A stretch of 64,000 bases of DNA, from NCBI GenBank assembly GCA_028534125.1, contig CM052832.1, positions 11,534,001 through 11,598,000 on the forward strand, read 5' to 3'. The stretch comes from Lama glama (lineage: Eukaryota). The notes below the pieces were generated by a model that searched no databases, was not told the DNA's origin, and saw only the letters and a program-made list of their open reading frames with translations. Position 1 is the first letter of the stretch. Each line of letters opens with the position of its first letter. The position numbers and the translations under genes are program-made. Below, piece after piece: positions 25,041 through 37,370 of this stretch.

Positions 25041-27849
25041 GGGGCAGGCCAGCAGCGCGGTTCACCTACCCTGGAGCAATCCTCAACCCCTGAGGGACCG
25101 GAGTTGATGGGTGAACACCTGCGCCTGCCCTGTGGGACAAGACTGAAGTGAGCCCTTCAGTGTCCCTGAGGGTCCCCGCAGGGTCAAGCCCCAGTTGCCC
25201 ACAGTGGTCACCTGCTCAATAGCCACCCTGTGTTGGCTGCCTTCCCCTCCACCTTGCTTCCCCACTTTCCTGGGATCAGTTCCTGGCATCACTTTCCAGG
25301 TGAATTACACCCCAGTTTTGCCTCAGAATCTGCTCTGCAGTAAATCCAATTTGGGCAAGGACTTCTACTTCAGAGTCACAGTGGGGGACTCTTGCATCAA
25401 GCTCTCTGGGCTAGTGAAAATGGGAGTCCCCTGCCCCAACTTCAACCAGAGCCCAACTCCCAACTGCGCTACATACTAGGCCTCAGGGAAAGATTTCACT
25501 GAGAAAGGAATCCTGCTACTCCAATAACCAGTGGAAATTTCTAAACAAGATCAATAACAGGTGCCTGTGTTTGATTGTCTGTTGGTCTTGAGTCTCTCCC
25601 TCCGAATCACCCCTCAGCTTTCTCCACCCTCTCTGCTGGTCGCACAGTCGGGCTGGACCTCCCTCTCTGGCCAGGAGGGCAGACAAGGCCCCCCCACACC
25701 TGCACTACCCCACCTCCACACAGAAGACCGTCCCCCCCACTTCACCGCAGGGAGACCCACAGAGCTGTCATCCTGGCCCCGTCTTCGTCCCTGCCTTTTA
25801 TCTGGGCTCAGTTAGGCGGCAGGATCCTAAAACAGAGCTCCCTCTCTCCACCTGCCCTTCCGCTACGGGAGACGTACCGGGGGCAGGTGGGCCTTATCTT
25901 CTCCCCTTAGTTCCAGGTCGGAACATGTCCCTTTACGTTTGTGCGGATGGGTGCCTACTGAGTGACTCTGTAAGTGGATGCCGATGTTGGACAGTGGGTG
26001 GGTGGCCTATCCTCGCCCTCATCTCCAGGCTCGTTCAGATGGAAAGAGCCCATGCCCAGCTGCTCTGTTTGCTCTCTAGTCTCTGCCCACTGTACACGGA
26101 ATCGATTGGGGGGAGGGTTGTTTTTCTTCTTTTCCCTCCAATCTCCTTATTAGTTCAGCCTCAGAAGGTCCCTTATCACTGCCGGATGTCAGGCCACACT
26201 CTGCCATCAGGCCTGGCCATGTGAGACTCTCCATTAATTGATTTTGCCCTCCCCTCTTGGGAAGCACAAATTGGCTCTCCCCATTAGCAGCAATAATTCC
26301 CTGGAAGGGATTATAAATCATGCCCCGTGTCCGTCCATCACTCTCAGCGGAGTGGTGCCCACGTGGGGAGGTGTCAGGCGGGGAGATGGAACATCTGATG
26401 GGCAGGGGAGGTCCCCATGGTCCTGCAGGTTCCTTCCTAAACCTGACCAAGTGAGTCCACAGCCAACCGGGGGAGTAGCTAAAACAGGTCCCAGCACACA
26501 GAGGGCACGCAACTAGTGGGTACTGAGTGAGGGGAGGGAGAGGAAGGGAGCTTCCTCTGTGGTGCAGAGTGCTTTGAGGACCTCAAGCTGACCTCCCACC
26601 AAGTCTACCATTGCATTACCATTCTTTGGCTCTGTGCCTTTGGGGGTGTCAGTAGTCCCCCATTAAACTGGAAGAGCTCCTGGGAAAGATTGTCTTCAAC
26701 TCCAGTCAGGTGATGCCTGGCCCATCTGTGAGACGGGTGTGGGTGTGAGAGGAGGAGAGGAGAGCTGGCACCGGAGGCAAGCAGGGAGTACCGGCTACTG
26801 GGGAGGTGGCAGGGAGAGGAGGGGAAGCCAGCACATAGCCGGTGCTCAGGAGTTGTCTGAGAAGGAGTAGGGTACTTGGCCCTCTGTGAGCCTGACACCC
26901 TTCCTGCCCAGGACCCCAGGGAGCGAGGGCTCCAAGGATGGCTGCTCGACCCACCCCCCCAACAGATTGCAGCCTTGCCTCTGCCCACTGAGTTCACTCC
27001 TCTCTCCTGCACAGATCGGCCCTCCTCTGCCTTCCTTCCCTTCCACCTGAGGTCAAGCACAACTACCTGCGGACGGTGTCCAGACCCACCGAAGATACTC
27101 AGGCTAAAGAGGTTGCAAGACCTGCCTGAGATCCCCGGACAGCGGTGGATGGGCTTCCTAAACGGTAAAGAGAGAACTCTTCACATATTGAGCTCCTCCA
27201 GGGCAATAAAATAGGATTCAATTATCGCACGGCCTGTCAGGTGTAAGTGCAGCCCCAGCTTAGGGCCAAGAATGGGCGAGTCAGCAGTGACAAGAGGACT
27301 GCCAGCACTCTTGCCCAATCTCTGCAACACACCAGGAGAAAACAGTCAAGGGCAAGACTTGTGACTCCAGACGCTGCTTCTGCCCCAAGACAAGCCGGCC
27401 TCCCAGCACTGTGGGGTCTGACAAAGCTCTGGGGGTGAGGAGGGCCTTATAGAAGATGGCTTTAGACCCCCAGGTGGCCTCAGGGACCCAGAACCAGCAG
27501 GACTACAGAGAAGGTGGCTGCCACCCCCAGACAGGGGACCAACTGGGTGTGCTTCACCCACCAGGGCTCCCCAGGAACCAGGAGGAGACCAAGACTACAG
27601 TGTCCCATAGTCTTTATCTCATACCCCTATCGGTCTTCACTTCTTCCACTGCTCAGACACAAACCCCCCCTCTCGGGGCTTTTTCTCAGACACATCATCA
27701 TGATGGGTGAGACCAGTCGTGCTCCTGCCTGCTGACATGTATAAATGTGGGCTTCTGTTAGCCGGAAGGAGGGAAAGGATATCGAGCCAGCAGCTCCTAT
27801 CTGTTGTGCAGCTCATGACAGGAAACGTCAGAAAACACAAGCAAAGAAC

Positions 27850-28505
27850 TTGCAACGCTCACACACTGCTGGTAGGGATGTAAAATGTGCAGCCACTTCG
27901 GAAAAGTCTGGCAGTTCCTCAAAAAGTTAAACATAGAGTGACCGTGTGACCCAGCAGTTCTACCCCTAAGCAGATGAGAGGTACATGAGAGGAATGAAAA
28001 TATACAGACGTACAAAAAACTTGCACATGAATATTCATAGCAGCATTATTCATTTAGTAGCCAAAGTGGAAGCAACCCAAATATCTTTCAACTGATAAAT
28101 GGAGAAATGAAATGTTGGTATAGCCATGCCATGAAAAGTTATTCAGCCATAAAGAATGAAGTACTGATATATGCCACATTATGGACGAACCTTAAAAACA
28201 TTATACTGATTAAAGAAGCCAAGCACAAAAGGCCATGTATTGTATGATTACATTTATATGAAATTTCCAGAATAGGGAAATCCAGAGACAGCAAGTTAAA
28301 GGTTGCCAGAGGCTGAGGGAGCAGGCTGGGTGGCAGAGGGTGTTAGCTAAAGAGTACAGGCTTCTCTCTGAGGTGATGACAATGTTCTTAAATCGATTGT
28401 GGGGATGGTTGCAGGACTCTGAATATACTTGAAACAAAAACCATTCATTTGTATGCTTTAAATGTGTGAATGGTAGTATGGGAATTACATCTCAATAAAG
28501 CTGTT
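27850..28505 (+). mobile_element. L1MB-like 3' fragment
   Basis: ggaaaagtctggcagttcctcaaaaagttaaacatagag...gacccagca; ends aattacatctcaataaagctgtt. Confidence 0.85.

Positions 28506-28509
<4 letters not shown>

Positions 28510-28538
<29 letters not shown>
28510..28538 (+). repeat. (CA)n microsatellite at the L1 tail, ~0.8 kb upstream of the KCNK16 ATG
   Basis: Uninterrupted AC run. Confidence 0.9.
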
Positions 28539-28539
<1 letters not shown>

Positions 28540-29327
28540 GCAGAGAAGAGAGAGGAGACTACCCTCGATTCCACCCACCCAGAGCCACAAAGTACTTTTG
28601 GCCTTTTTTTATTTGCATATATGTCTCACCAACATAGCTTCCCAAAGGGACCTGCTAAAGGATTTCAGAAAGGAAAATTAGCAAAAGCTCCGAAGCAAAT
28701 GCATCCAATTTATTAGGAGCATCAACCCTGATACCATTCCCGATTGAGACTCATTTGTCTGTTTGCTTTGCCCTGATTTGTCACTCAGTTCCCTCATCCT
28801 CGGGTTCCCTCAGTAGGCGGGCCAATCCTTTCAGCCCCATTCTGTAGTCAAGGCAACTGAGTACAAGGTTTATTCACAGCCATTCTGATTTCTTCCCAGC
28901 CCCTAAGCTTGGGGGCTTAAAGCCATCATGGGTGAGAATCTGGGGGCTGCTAACGGGGCCCATTTGGACCTGGACAGAATGAAGGGGCACATCCAGTTTG
29001 GCCTAGTGATGCCCACCCGACTCAGAGGCAGAAGGTGAGACACGATGGCCTCAGGATGACCTGGTAGGTCCCTCTGAGGGGTCCCTGCCCCTTACTTGCT
29101 GCTCTCCGTGGAAAAAAAAAGGCCAGGCGGCGGGTGGCAGGCCTGTTTGCTCTCCCAGCACTTAGTGCAGCCAGGCTGAGCTGCGCTGTTCAAACAGACT
29201 CCCCAACCTCTACACACCTGTGCCGAAGAGGGCGAGACAGGCAGGGGGCTGGGCGCAGCTCCCTGGGTGCTTCCCACCTCTCTTCGCACAGCCAGCCCCA
29301 CGGCCCTGGAAGAGTCCTGGGCACGCT

Positions 29328-29540
29328 ATGCCCCGCACTGGGCTCTGCAGCTGCTGGGGCGGCTGGGTGCTGCCCCTGCTGCTGGTCTATGTCTGCTACC
29401 TGCTGCTCGGCGCCACCATCTTCCAGCTGCTGGAAAAGCAAGCGGAGGCTCAGTCTAGGGACCAGTTTCAGTTTGAGAAGCTGCGCTTCCTGGAGAACTA
29501 CACCTGCTTGGACCAGCAAGCCCTGGAGCAGTTTTTGCAG
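29328..29540 (+). CDS. KCNK16: KCNK16 (TALK-1, K2P16.1) exon 1: N-terminus, TM1 and cap helix
   Basis: ATG at 29328. MPRTGLCSCWGGWVLPLLLVYVCYLLLGATIFQLLE...FLENYTCLDQQALEQFLQ. 213 bp, donor gtgaag, phase 0. Confidence 0.97.
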
Positions 29541-30567
29541 GTGAAGGGGGGATGTTGGTGTGGAATGGTGGGCAGAATAGAGGGTCTCATAGCAAGTCCA
29601 GGTCCAGCACCCTGGGGCCAAGGCCCTATTTGGAAGCAGAATGTGGTGGCAACAGAGAGCCAGGTGTGACCTAGTGCTGGATTCTGGCCCCAGGTCTACA
29701 ACTGGATGGCTGTGCAACATTGGGCAAGTCACTTAACCTCTCTGGTCTTCTAGATGAGGGGAATAACCTATGAGCTGCAGGCATTTGACGGCTGATTAAA
29801 AGCCCCTCATAAGCTGCCACTTGCTACATAAACGTGAAGTGTGTGTCAGTGTTATTAACGCTGTGCACATTTCCTCCCTCACACTTCTGCACTCCGCCTA
29901 CCCCAACTCCAGGGCTGCTGCTGCTCCTGCCCTCTTCCCAGCTGACCACATTCGAGGGCTCCAGGTGGGAGACACAGATAGAGGTCAGGAGCAGCCACCA
30001 TGCTGGTAGTGGAGCTCGGCTTGGGGAGCAGTGGCCAAGGAGACTGAACTCCGCTGCTCCTGTGCCCATGGGGAGCTCTCCCTGCTGGCAGAGCAGGTCA
30101 CCCCTGCTTGGGCCCTTTCTGCTTCCCTGAACAAACTCTGGGGCCCAGCACCCTCTTGCTCAGAAATCAGGCAAAACCCAGGTGTTCTGGGCGAAGGTGA
30201 GTGCATTCAAGACTAGGGAGTCAAGTTGAGCAGCAACACCCACCATAAAGGAACAAGCCAAGTGCAGAATCGTCACAATGATAACTGGTATTTATAATGT
30301 GCCCAAAACCGTAGTGAGCAGGGTCATTACGATGGGGTCAGACCAGTCCTGATCCATCGCCTGGGGCCCAGTGTTTTACATGTATTTCCTCATCACTACC
30401 CATGGCTATCACTGTATCCAGTTTGGAGGTGGGAACTGGGGTTCGGAGAGGTGGAGTATGTTGGCCAAAGCTGCGCAGTCAGTGGTAGAGGCAGAACTCG
30501 CACCCAGGCCAGCTGCTCTTCCCACACAAGTTAGCATAAGTGCTGGGGGCAGGATACGGCAGAGAGA

Positions 30568-30745
30568 GCAGTTCTCCAAGTGTGGCCCCTGGACCAGCAG
30601 CATCAGCACCACCTGGAAGCTGGTTAGAAAAGCCAACGATCATGCCCCACCCCAGACCCACCGAATCAGAAACTCCGGGGGTGGGGCCGCGGGCTGCGTG
30701 TTAACAGGCCTCCAGATGAGGCTGACGGAGAACAGCTGGTCTAGA
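30568..30745 (+). mobile_element. MER5A (hAT-Charlie) element. Similar fragments near 20490-20630, 21215-21315 and 57270-57420.
   Basis: cagttctccaagtgtggcccctggaccagcagcatcagcaccacctggaagctggttagaaa...gaatcagaaactc. Confidence 0.8.
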
Positions 30746-31162
30746 AGATGACAAGTGTGCTGGCTGGTCAGAGAACTTTCCAGCGCTGTAAGAGGCCTAT
30801 CCAGGCCCCGTCTCCCAGGAAATGAGGCTTCTGGCCTTAGGGCTGAGAGGGGTTCAGGAGCCTCCCAAAAAAGGGTGGGGCAGAGGGGACAGCAGCCCTG
30901 GGGGTCCTGGAACTGGCTCCTCTCTCAGCCTCGGTTTAGAGAGGAAATCGAGGAACCAGAGGGTGAGGGAAGGATTCGTAGTTGGGATCTAGTTGGTAGC
31001 TGGGGGCGGGGGCAACAGGCTCTACTGCAGCCCCGAGGGAGATACCACTGAGTAACACCCCCCAGGGGTCCTCAGTCTCTTTGGGAGAGACCCTCACTTG
31101 CCAGGGGACATCTGGCTGAGAGGCAGAATAATGCTGGTATGACTCCCGAAGAACACAGATTA

Positions 31163-31313
31163 CAGGCGTCCCTCGGTGTCCGCGCGGAATTGGTTCCAGG
31201 AGGCCCCACCCCCACCCCGTGCAGATACCAAAATCCCCGGATGCTCAAGTTCCTTACAGAAGCCCTTTGCATCCGCGGATGTGTAATCCGCGGGTGTTGT
31301 GCAGGGTCTACTG
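31163..31313 (+). mobile_element. Short Tigger/MER2-family DNA transposon in KCNK16 intron 1
   Basis: TA-flanked cag...ctg ends. Core ccctcggtgtccgcgcggaattggttccagga...gataccaaaatccccggatgctcaagt. Confidence 0.75.
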
Positions 31314-32725
31314 TACATTCAAAACACACGGGCTACAAGGGGCTATGAACAATTCTAAAAGCAGCACTGAAGACTGACCCCATCAGGAAACAGGGCCTTG
31401 CCCAGGGTCCCAGGACTCGCGTCCAACTGTCTCACCATGCGCGGATTCCAAGAGGAGAATGGGAGGTCTGCACCGGGCATCTACGCCTTGTGCCTTTGCG
31501 GACATCACCGCCGCTCCTCGGCGGGATGCAGACCCTCAGGCTGGTGTGGGGGACAGCTGAGTCTAGGGCAAATGCTGCTCCCACGGGTGAGGGTCTCCGG
31601 GGAGCAAGTGTGTTCCGGAATGTGCGGTCCTGGCCTCTCTGGGTGTGTGGGAAAGAGAGGGAGGCCAGAGTTCATATGTGAAGAGGCCAGTTCTGCCAAA
31701 GTGAAGAAAAGCAGACAGCCTGTGTCCGGAGGCCCAGACCGGCCTGGTCCTCAGGGGCCATCCCCACCCCTACCCCCGCCCAGCTCGCTCCCCCAGCCAG
31801 TGGGGAAAAGATTCCCACAGGAACTGGAGGCCCAGAGCGTTCCCTTCCCCGACTGCCCCGCTCCTGCCTTTGGACCTCTACCCGGTGGCAAGTCAGCACT
31901 GCTGCCCCAGGATAATTCACGCTACAGGGAAGGGGGAGGGGGAGAGGGTGGGGAGGGAGCCCTGCCCACCTCCAAGAGGGCTGGGCCCAGGGACGGAGGC
32001 ATTTAGGCTTGAGCTTGAGGGCTCAGGCTTTGTAAACACACATTCTGCAGCATGAACAGACATGCAACATACAGCACCCATGCACACGTCACATGTACTC
32101 AACACATCACACCACACATATATATCACCCCCACTATACACACACACGACCTTTGCCCTGGCCTCTAATGGAATTCACCTGTAGGCGGGGGCTGGGACTC
32201 ACTAGGGGGCAGCAAAGAGCAAAGCTGCCAGCTTACCTGGAAGCTCAGAGAACACAGGGTTTTCTGTCCCCCACCATCAGCCCCATGGGAGGGCAGCCCC
32301 AGGGCCTTCCTGTGGTCCCCAAACCTCATGTTCCCAAGTAAACCCTTCTGGGAACATCCAACCTGAAATCTTCCCATTGTCCTGACAACCCACGGGGTCT
32401 CACCCGCTTGGCCATAGGCAGCATCTCTCACCTGGACCAGTCTGTAAGCACCCTCTGTCTCCTTAGGCCCATTTTCCCTCTACCAGCCACACTTCCAGCA
32501 AATACCTCAGTCAACTCTGGCCAGTGGAACTGGAAGTGGGTTTGGAATCCAGTGACCTTGAGCAAGCCAGCCACTCTGAGCCTTAGTTTCCTTTTCCATA
32601 AAATGGGAATGGGACTATCTAAGAACATCATTAGGTGAGACGACATGAAAGCACCCTGCAGAGAGCTTGGCCACCAGCCAGTGCCGTCAGCTCCCTCTCC
32701 CTCCCACCCTCTGCCACCCCCACAG

Positions 32726-32840
32726 GTCATCATGGAAGCCTGGGTGAAGGGCGTGAACCCCAAAGGCAACTCCACCAACCCGAGCAACTGGGACTTTGGC
32801 AGCAGTTTCTTCTTTGCAGGCACAGTCGTCACCACCATAG
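32726..32840 (+). CDS. KCNK16: KCNK16 exon 2: cap and pore helix 1
   Basis: cacag acceptor, gtaaag donor. [38 protein letters not shown](G). 115 bp. Confidence 0.98.
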
Positions 32841-33697
32841 GTAAAGGGTCAGGGTGGAGAAGGGCTTCCCTAAAGCCCATGCTGAAGTTTGGGTTTCCCA
32901 AAAGCAGATGCTAAAACAAGGATGTGGTTTGTCTAGGACATGACCCCAGGAAGCGTGAGTAGAGAAGTGGGAAAGTGAGACAGGGAAAGGAGAAAAGGCA
33001 GCGAAGTTTGCAAAGATGAGCAGGGGACTGGTTAGGGCAACTGGGCTCACCCGTGCTGGGGACCCTCTGAAAAGCTGGGGTGAGAGAGTAGGAGTATTTA
33101 TCTGCTAACTCCTGCCCCTGCTGGCTGAGAACTGATCTGGACCTGCACACAGGCCAAGCACACTCCTACAGACAGAAGAATCTCTCAGGTGGAGAGAGAT
33201 GCAGGGACTTGGGGAAGGAAGTCATCTGTGTGTGCCAAGCTGCAGGTGCTGTCCCAGGTGTTCTGAGGGGACAGGGCACAACAGCACCTGCTATGCCCCC
33301 TCAGCCAGAGAGCCCACCCCACCTCCCATGGGAAACCCCCAGACCCCTGCTAACCCTGGTCTCCCCACCCATTTAGTTCAGTCCAATTCCATACACTTTC
33401 CTTGAGCTCAAGTGACATTCAGAGCAGGTGGGGTGGGGTAAGGGAGTATGAACTTGGATCAGCCCTGGGCTTGGCCCTCGAGGAGCTTCTAATCCAATGA
33501 AGAGGGATCAGATAGAGCATACCAACAGCAAGAATACAAGGCAAAGTAAATAATTAGATAGGAATAACACAAAGCGCTATGGGAAATCACACCTAGTACG
33601 GAGGAAGAGGGTAGCAGTCAGGAGGGCTTCCTGGAGGCAGTGTTGGAGATAGGCCTTTAAAGACAAGCAGGATTCTTACAAATAGAGATCATTCTAG

Positions 33698-34135
<438 letters not shown>

Positions 34136-34816
34136 TGAATTGTGGTGCAGTCTGGACAAGGACTTGGCCCGCCCCTTGTCCCTCAGTGGGCTGACGTGGC
34201 CAGGACTCTGCCCCTGCCTCAATCAGGTACAGGGAAGGTGTGCCCTTGGGCCAGGCTGTTCTCTAACTGCCATACATTCTGAGGGAGCTGAGAGCTGGAG
34301 GCTGCTGCCTGCCAATGGCTTGTCAAGATCTTCTCTGAAGGGGGATCTGGGTGGCACATCTCCCTGGTCATTACAGAACTCCAGCATCCTTCCCTGTGGT
34401 CAAAAACAAACTCCCCACCACCTTGAACCCCCCCAGTGCCCACCCTGTCGTCTGGCCCCTTGCAAAGCCAGACATGCTAGGAGGGCAGGGGTACAGAGGA
34501 ATCTGGGACAGTTCAATGACTGTCCTCCATCCCATATCGGAGTCCCTAAGTGGGAGAGAGAGGCTGTACATACAGACCCCAAGCTGGAAAGAGTCTCCAA
34601 ATTCTAGCCTGATCCACTAACACAATCCCTTTGACCAAACCTTTCTCTGGCCTGGGCAAGATCACACAAACACAGATCCAACCCCCACCCCAAAGGTCGG
34701 CAGGGCAGGGCAGGGACCTGGCTACGGCCCGGCCCCACTTCCTAATTTGCCCCAGGCCCCCTCCCACCCTGGGGGGGCCTTCAAGTGGACTCAGAGACAG
34801 CCTCCTCCCCTTCCAG

Positions 34817-34982
34817 CTGCTGCGGACCCTGGGCCTGGCTCTGTTCCTGAGCCTGGGGACAGTGGTTGTTCTCATCTTCCCGCCCATGGTCTTCTCCCAC
34901 GTGGAGGGCTGGAGCTTCAGCGAGGGCTTCTACTTTGCCTTCATCACCCTCAGCACCATCGGCTTCGGGGACTATGTCGTCG
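34817..34982 (+). CDS. KCNK16: KCNK16 exon 4: TM3 and pore 2 (GFG)
   Basis: ttccag acceptor, gtgaga donor. [14 protein letters not shown]...[26 protein letters not shown](G). 166 bp. Confidence 0.98.
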
Positions 34983-35291
34983 GTGAGAACAAGGCAGTCA
35001 TGGATCCTGGGGTGGGGGCCACCAGGATTCAGGGGATGGAGAGATGTCAGCAGGGGTAATTACTGAGGACCAGAGAGCCCCTGGTTATTCGAGGGAGAGA
35101 CAAGTACTTCATGAGGCCGCCATGAATTCTCACATCCTCAGAAATCACTGGTCTAGGATCCATCCCCTTTCCCCCAGGGACCTCCATTGCTGATGCTTGT
35201 TATGGGGAGGCTGATGGGGTCCCCTATGGAACCTGGAGGGTGGCTGTGCCCTCAGACCTCTGGCATTTATCACATCCCCCTTCCCTGCCAG

Positions 35292-35515
35292 GCACGGACC
35301 CCAGCAAGCATTACATCTCAGTGTACCGGAGCCTGGCGGCCATCTGGATCCTCCTGGGCCTGGCGTGGCTGGCGCTGATTCTTCCACTGGGCCCCCTGCT
35401 TCTGCACAGGTGCTCCCACCTCTGGCTGCTCAGCAGAGGCCTCATCCTCAAGGATGGGGGAGCCCCCGAGACAGACGGACTCCCCAGACTCCAGAAGATC
35501 CCCATCTCTGCATGA
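35292..35515 (+). CDS. KCNK16: KCNK16 exon 5: TM4 and TALK-1b-type C-terminus, stop TGA
   Basis: gccag acceptor. (G)TDPSKHYISVYRSLAAIWILLGLAWLALILP...QKIPISA-stop. Exons total 885 nt = 294 aa, the length of TALK-1b. pH-sensor Arg233 and Leu114 are present. Confidence 0.97.
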
Positions 35516-36616
35516 GGCCCTCCAGTGGCTGCAGGAGCCCCTCCCAGCTTCCCCAACCCCCCCCCCATATGCCCTCTGGATTTACTGCCTCCCCTCCTCC
35601 TCTGCCAACCCACTCACCTCCCAGCCAGACCTGGTCTCAGAAGGGTTCTCCAGAGAAAGGAGACAGGGGTGTCCAAGAAAGTAACAGAAAGGAGATAGAG
35701 ACACAGGATGGGAGACAGGTGAGGATGGAGCAAGATGTGTGCTGTTATTCCAGGGCCCCTACCTCAAAAGTGATGCTGAAAAGTTGAATCTAGACGTGGA
35801 TCGCTGTGGCCAAATCTCCATTGCCCTCCCTGCACCCCCCGCCCCAGGAGACCTTATAGAGGATGGCAAACAAAGGGCGGCTTTTTTCTTGCCTCATTTG
35901 ATACGCGCACATTGTGTTGTCAGGCCCCTGCTGTGTGTCCAGCACTGTGCAGGGCTCTGGGGAAAGAACAGTGACGATTCCTGCCCTCCAAGAGCATCTA
36001 GTCGACTGCAAGGAATAGACAGGCAGAGGCAGCCCCCACCCAATGCCCAAAATGGAATGACAGCGACAGACCACGGTTTGACGAGTGCCCATGTGACTGG
36101 CTGGCAGGGAGGGTCAAGGAGAGGGCTGAGCAGGGACTTTGGAGCCATTCAGATAGAACATCTGTCTTCAGGAAGCTCCCAGTCGGAGGGGTAGGCAAGC
36201 TGCCTCTAAGCCTGCCAGTTCCCCTGGCCTAGATGTCGAGAGCTGTCTGTGAACAAGGCTTAGGCACTCGTGGGTGTCCCACCCATGTTCCTGAGCATGG
36301 CCTCCCTTGACCGCCTAAGGGCACCCCATGACCTCATCATCCTTTCTGGGCTCTTAAGAGCCTTTTCAAATCCTCCCTGGGAAAATGGACACCCAGGAGA
36401 CTTCTAGGAAATGAACTTTGTGGAGGCCTGGACTCCCCTGGGAATGCCCTCTGCAGCCTGGCCTCTGTCCTGCCAGATTGTGGCATCTCTGACCAGAAGT
36501 TGAGGAGAGAGTTACACCAGTCCATCCCCAGGCCCAACCTCACCAAGGACTGTAAGCCTCGACCCCTACCTCTCCCAGCAAGGCAGGCCCATAAGTGGCC
36601 GGGGACCTCCGAACAG

Positions 36617-36732
36617 GACTGAGGCAAGGCTGTGAAGCAGACGAGGTGCCAGGTGGGACACCCAGGGAAGGATCTACAGGAGCAAGAGACCCAGGTTCCA
36701 CCCAGCTTTCCAGTAATGGAGGAGAGGCCTGA
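36617..36732 (+). CDS. KCNK16: Homologue of the human KCNK16 alternative terminal exon (TALK-1a/1d-type tail): (G)LRQGCEADEVPGGTPREGSTGARDPGSTQLSSNGGEA-stop
   Basis: acag acceptor with a poor pyrimidine tract. Translation starts like the human TALK-1a tail LRQGCGAKAAPGRRPRRGSTAAR. AATAAA follows at 36794. Usage in this species is unknown. Confidence 0.45.
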
Positions 36733-36793
36733 GAACCTGAGGACCTCCAGGGGCTCTTTACATACCCTGGACCCTTCCTCCATTCCGGATGGG

Positions 36794-37005
36794 AATAAAG
36801 GGGCATCTTCAGAAGCAGGAAATGGACAAGCCCACTGGTCAAGTCTCCTCTTGCTTCCGAAGTTCATGGAACAGTGGTGATCAGGTGGGGTCCCTCATCT
36901 TGGGATACACAAAGGAAAGGATGGTGGTGAGAGAGATCCAGAGAGGACTCGACAGGCAGCAGGTCCTTGGCGACAGTCCCAGGGTCCAAAGACTTAGGCA
37001 ATAAA
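36794..37005 (+). terminator. Candidate KCNK16 poly(A) signals (AATAAA at 36794 and 37000)
   Basis: Two canonical hexamers between the KCNK16 stop and KCNK17 exon 1. Confidence 0.55.
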
Positions 37006-37370
37006 ATTGGCTGCCACTTTCTCTTCCCCCTGAGTGCGGTCTCCAAGAGTCTCTCCCACTGTTTGCTACGGGACAGGCTGGGAAACTCGGCCCCTTCCTT
37101 CTGAACCTGCGGTAACCCAGCAGCCCTCCCCTTCTCCCTGAGTTAGGCCTAGGGGTGGGCACTCCACACACATTCGAGGCGGCGCCAGATGCTCATAGCT
37201 CCGGCCTCTTTTTGTCCCTGGAATTGGATCCCAGTGCAGGGTGGGGCAGGGCTGTTCCATTCCCCAGCACGCCTCCTCCGCTGAGAAAACTGGACACAAG
37301 CAGGCGTTGGCTAGAGAAGGGACCAGCTGGGCTCTTTCCTAGCCCTTCCTTTCCGCCTCAGTCCAGGCCC

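Noticed and set aside
37155..37370. Longer KCNK17 N-terminus from the track ORF starting at 37155, and the KCNK16 ORF starting at 29220
   Set aside because: Both starts are non-ATG codons (GTG). The first in-frame ATGs are at 37371 and 29328.
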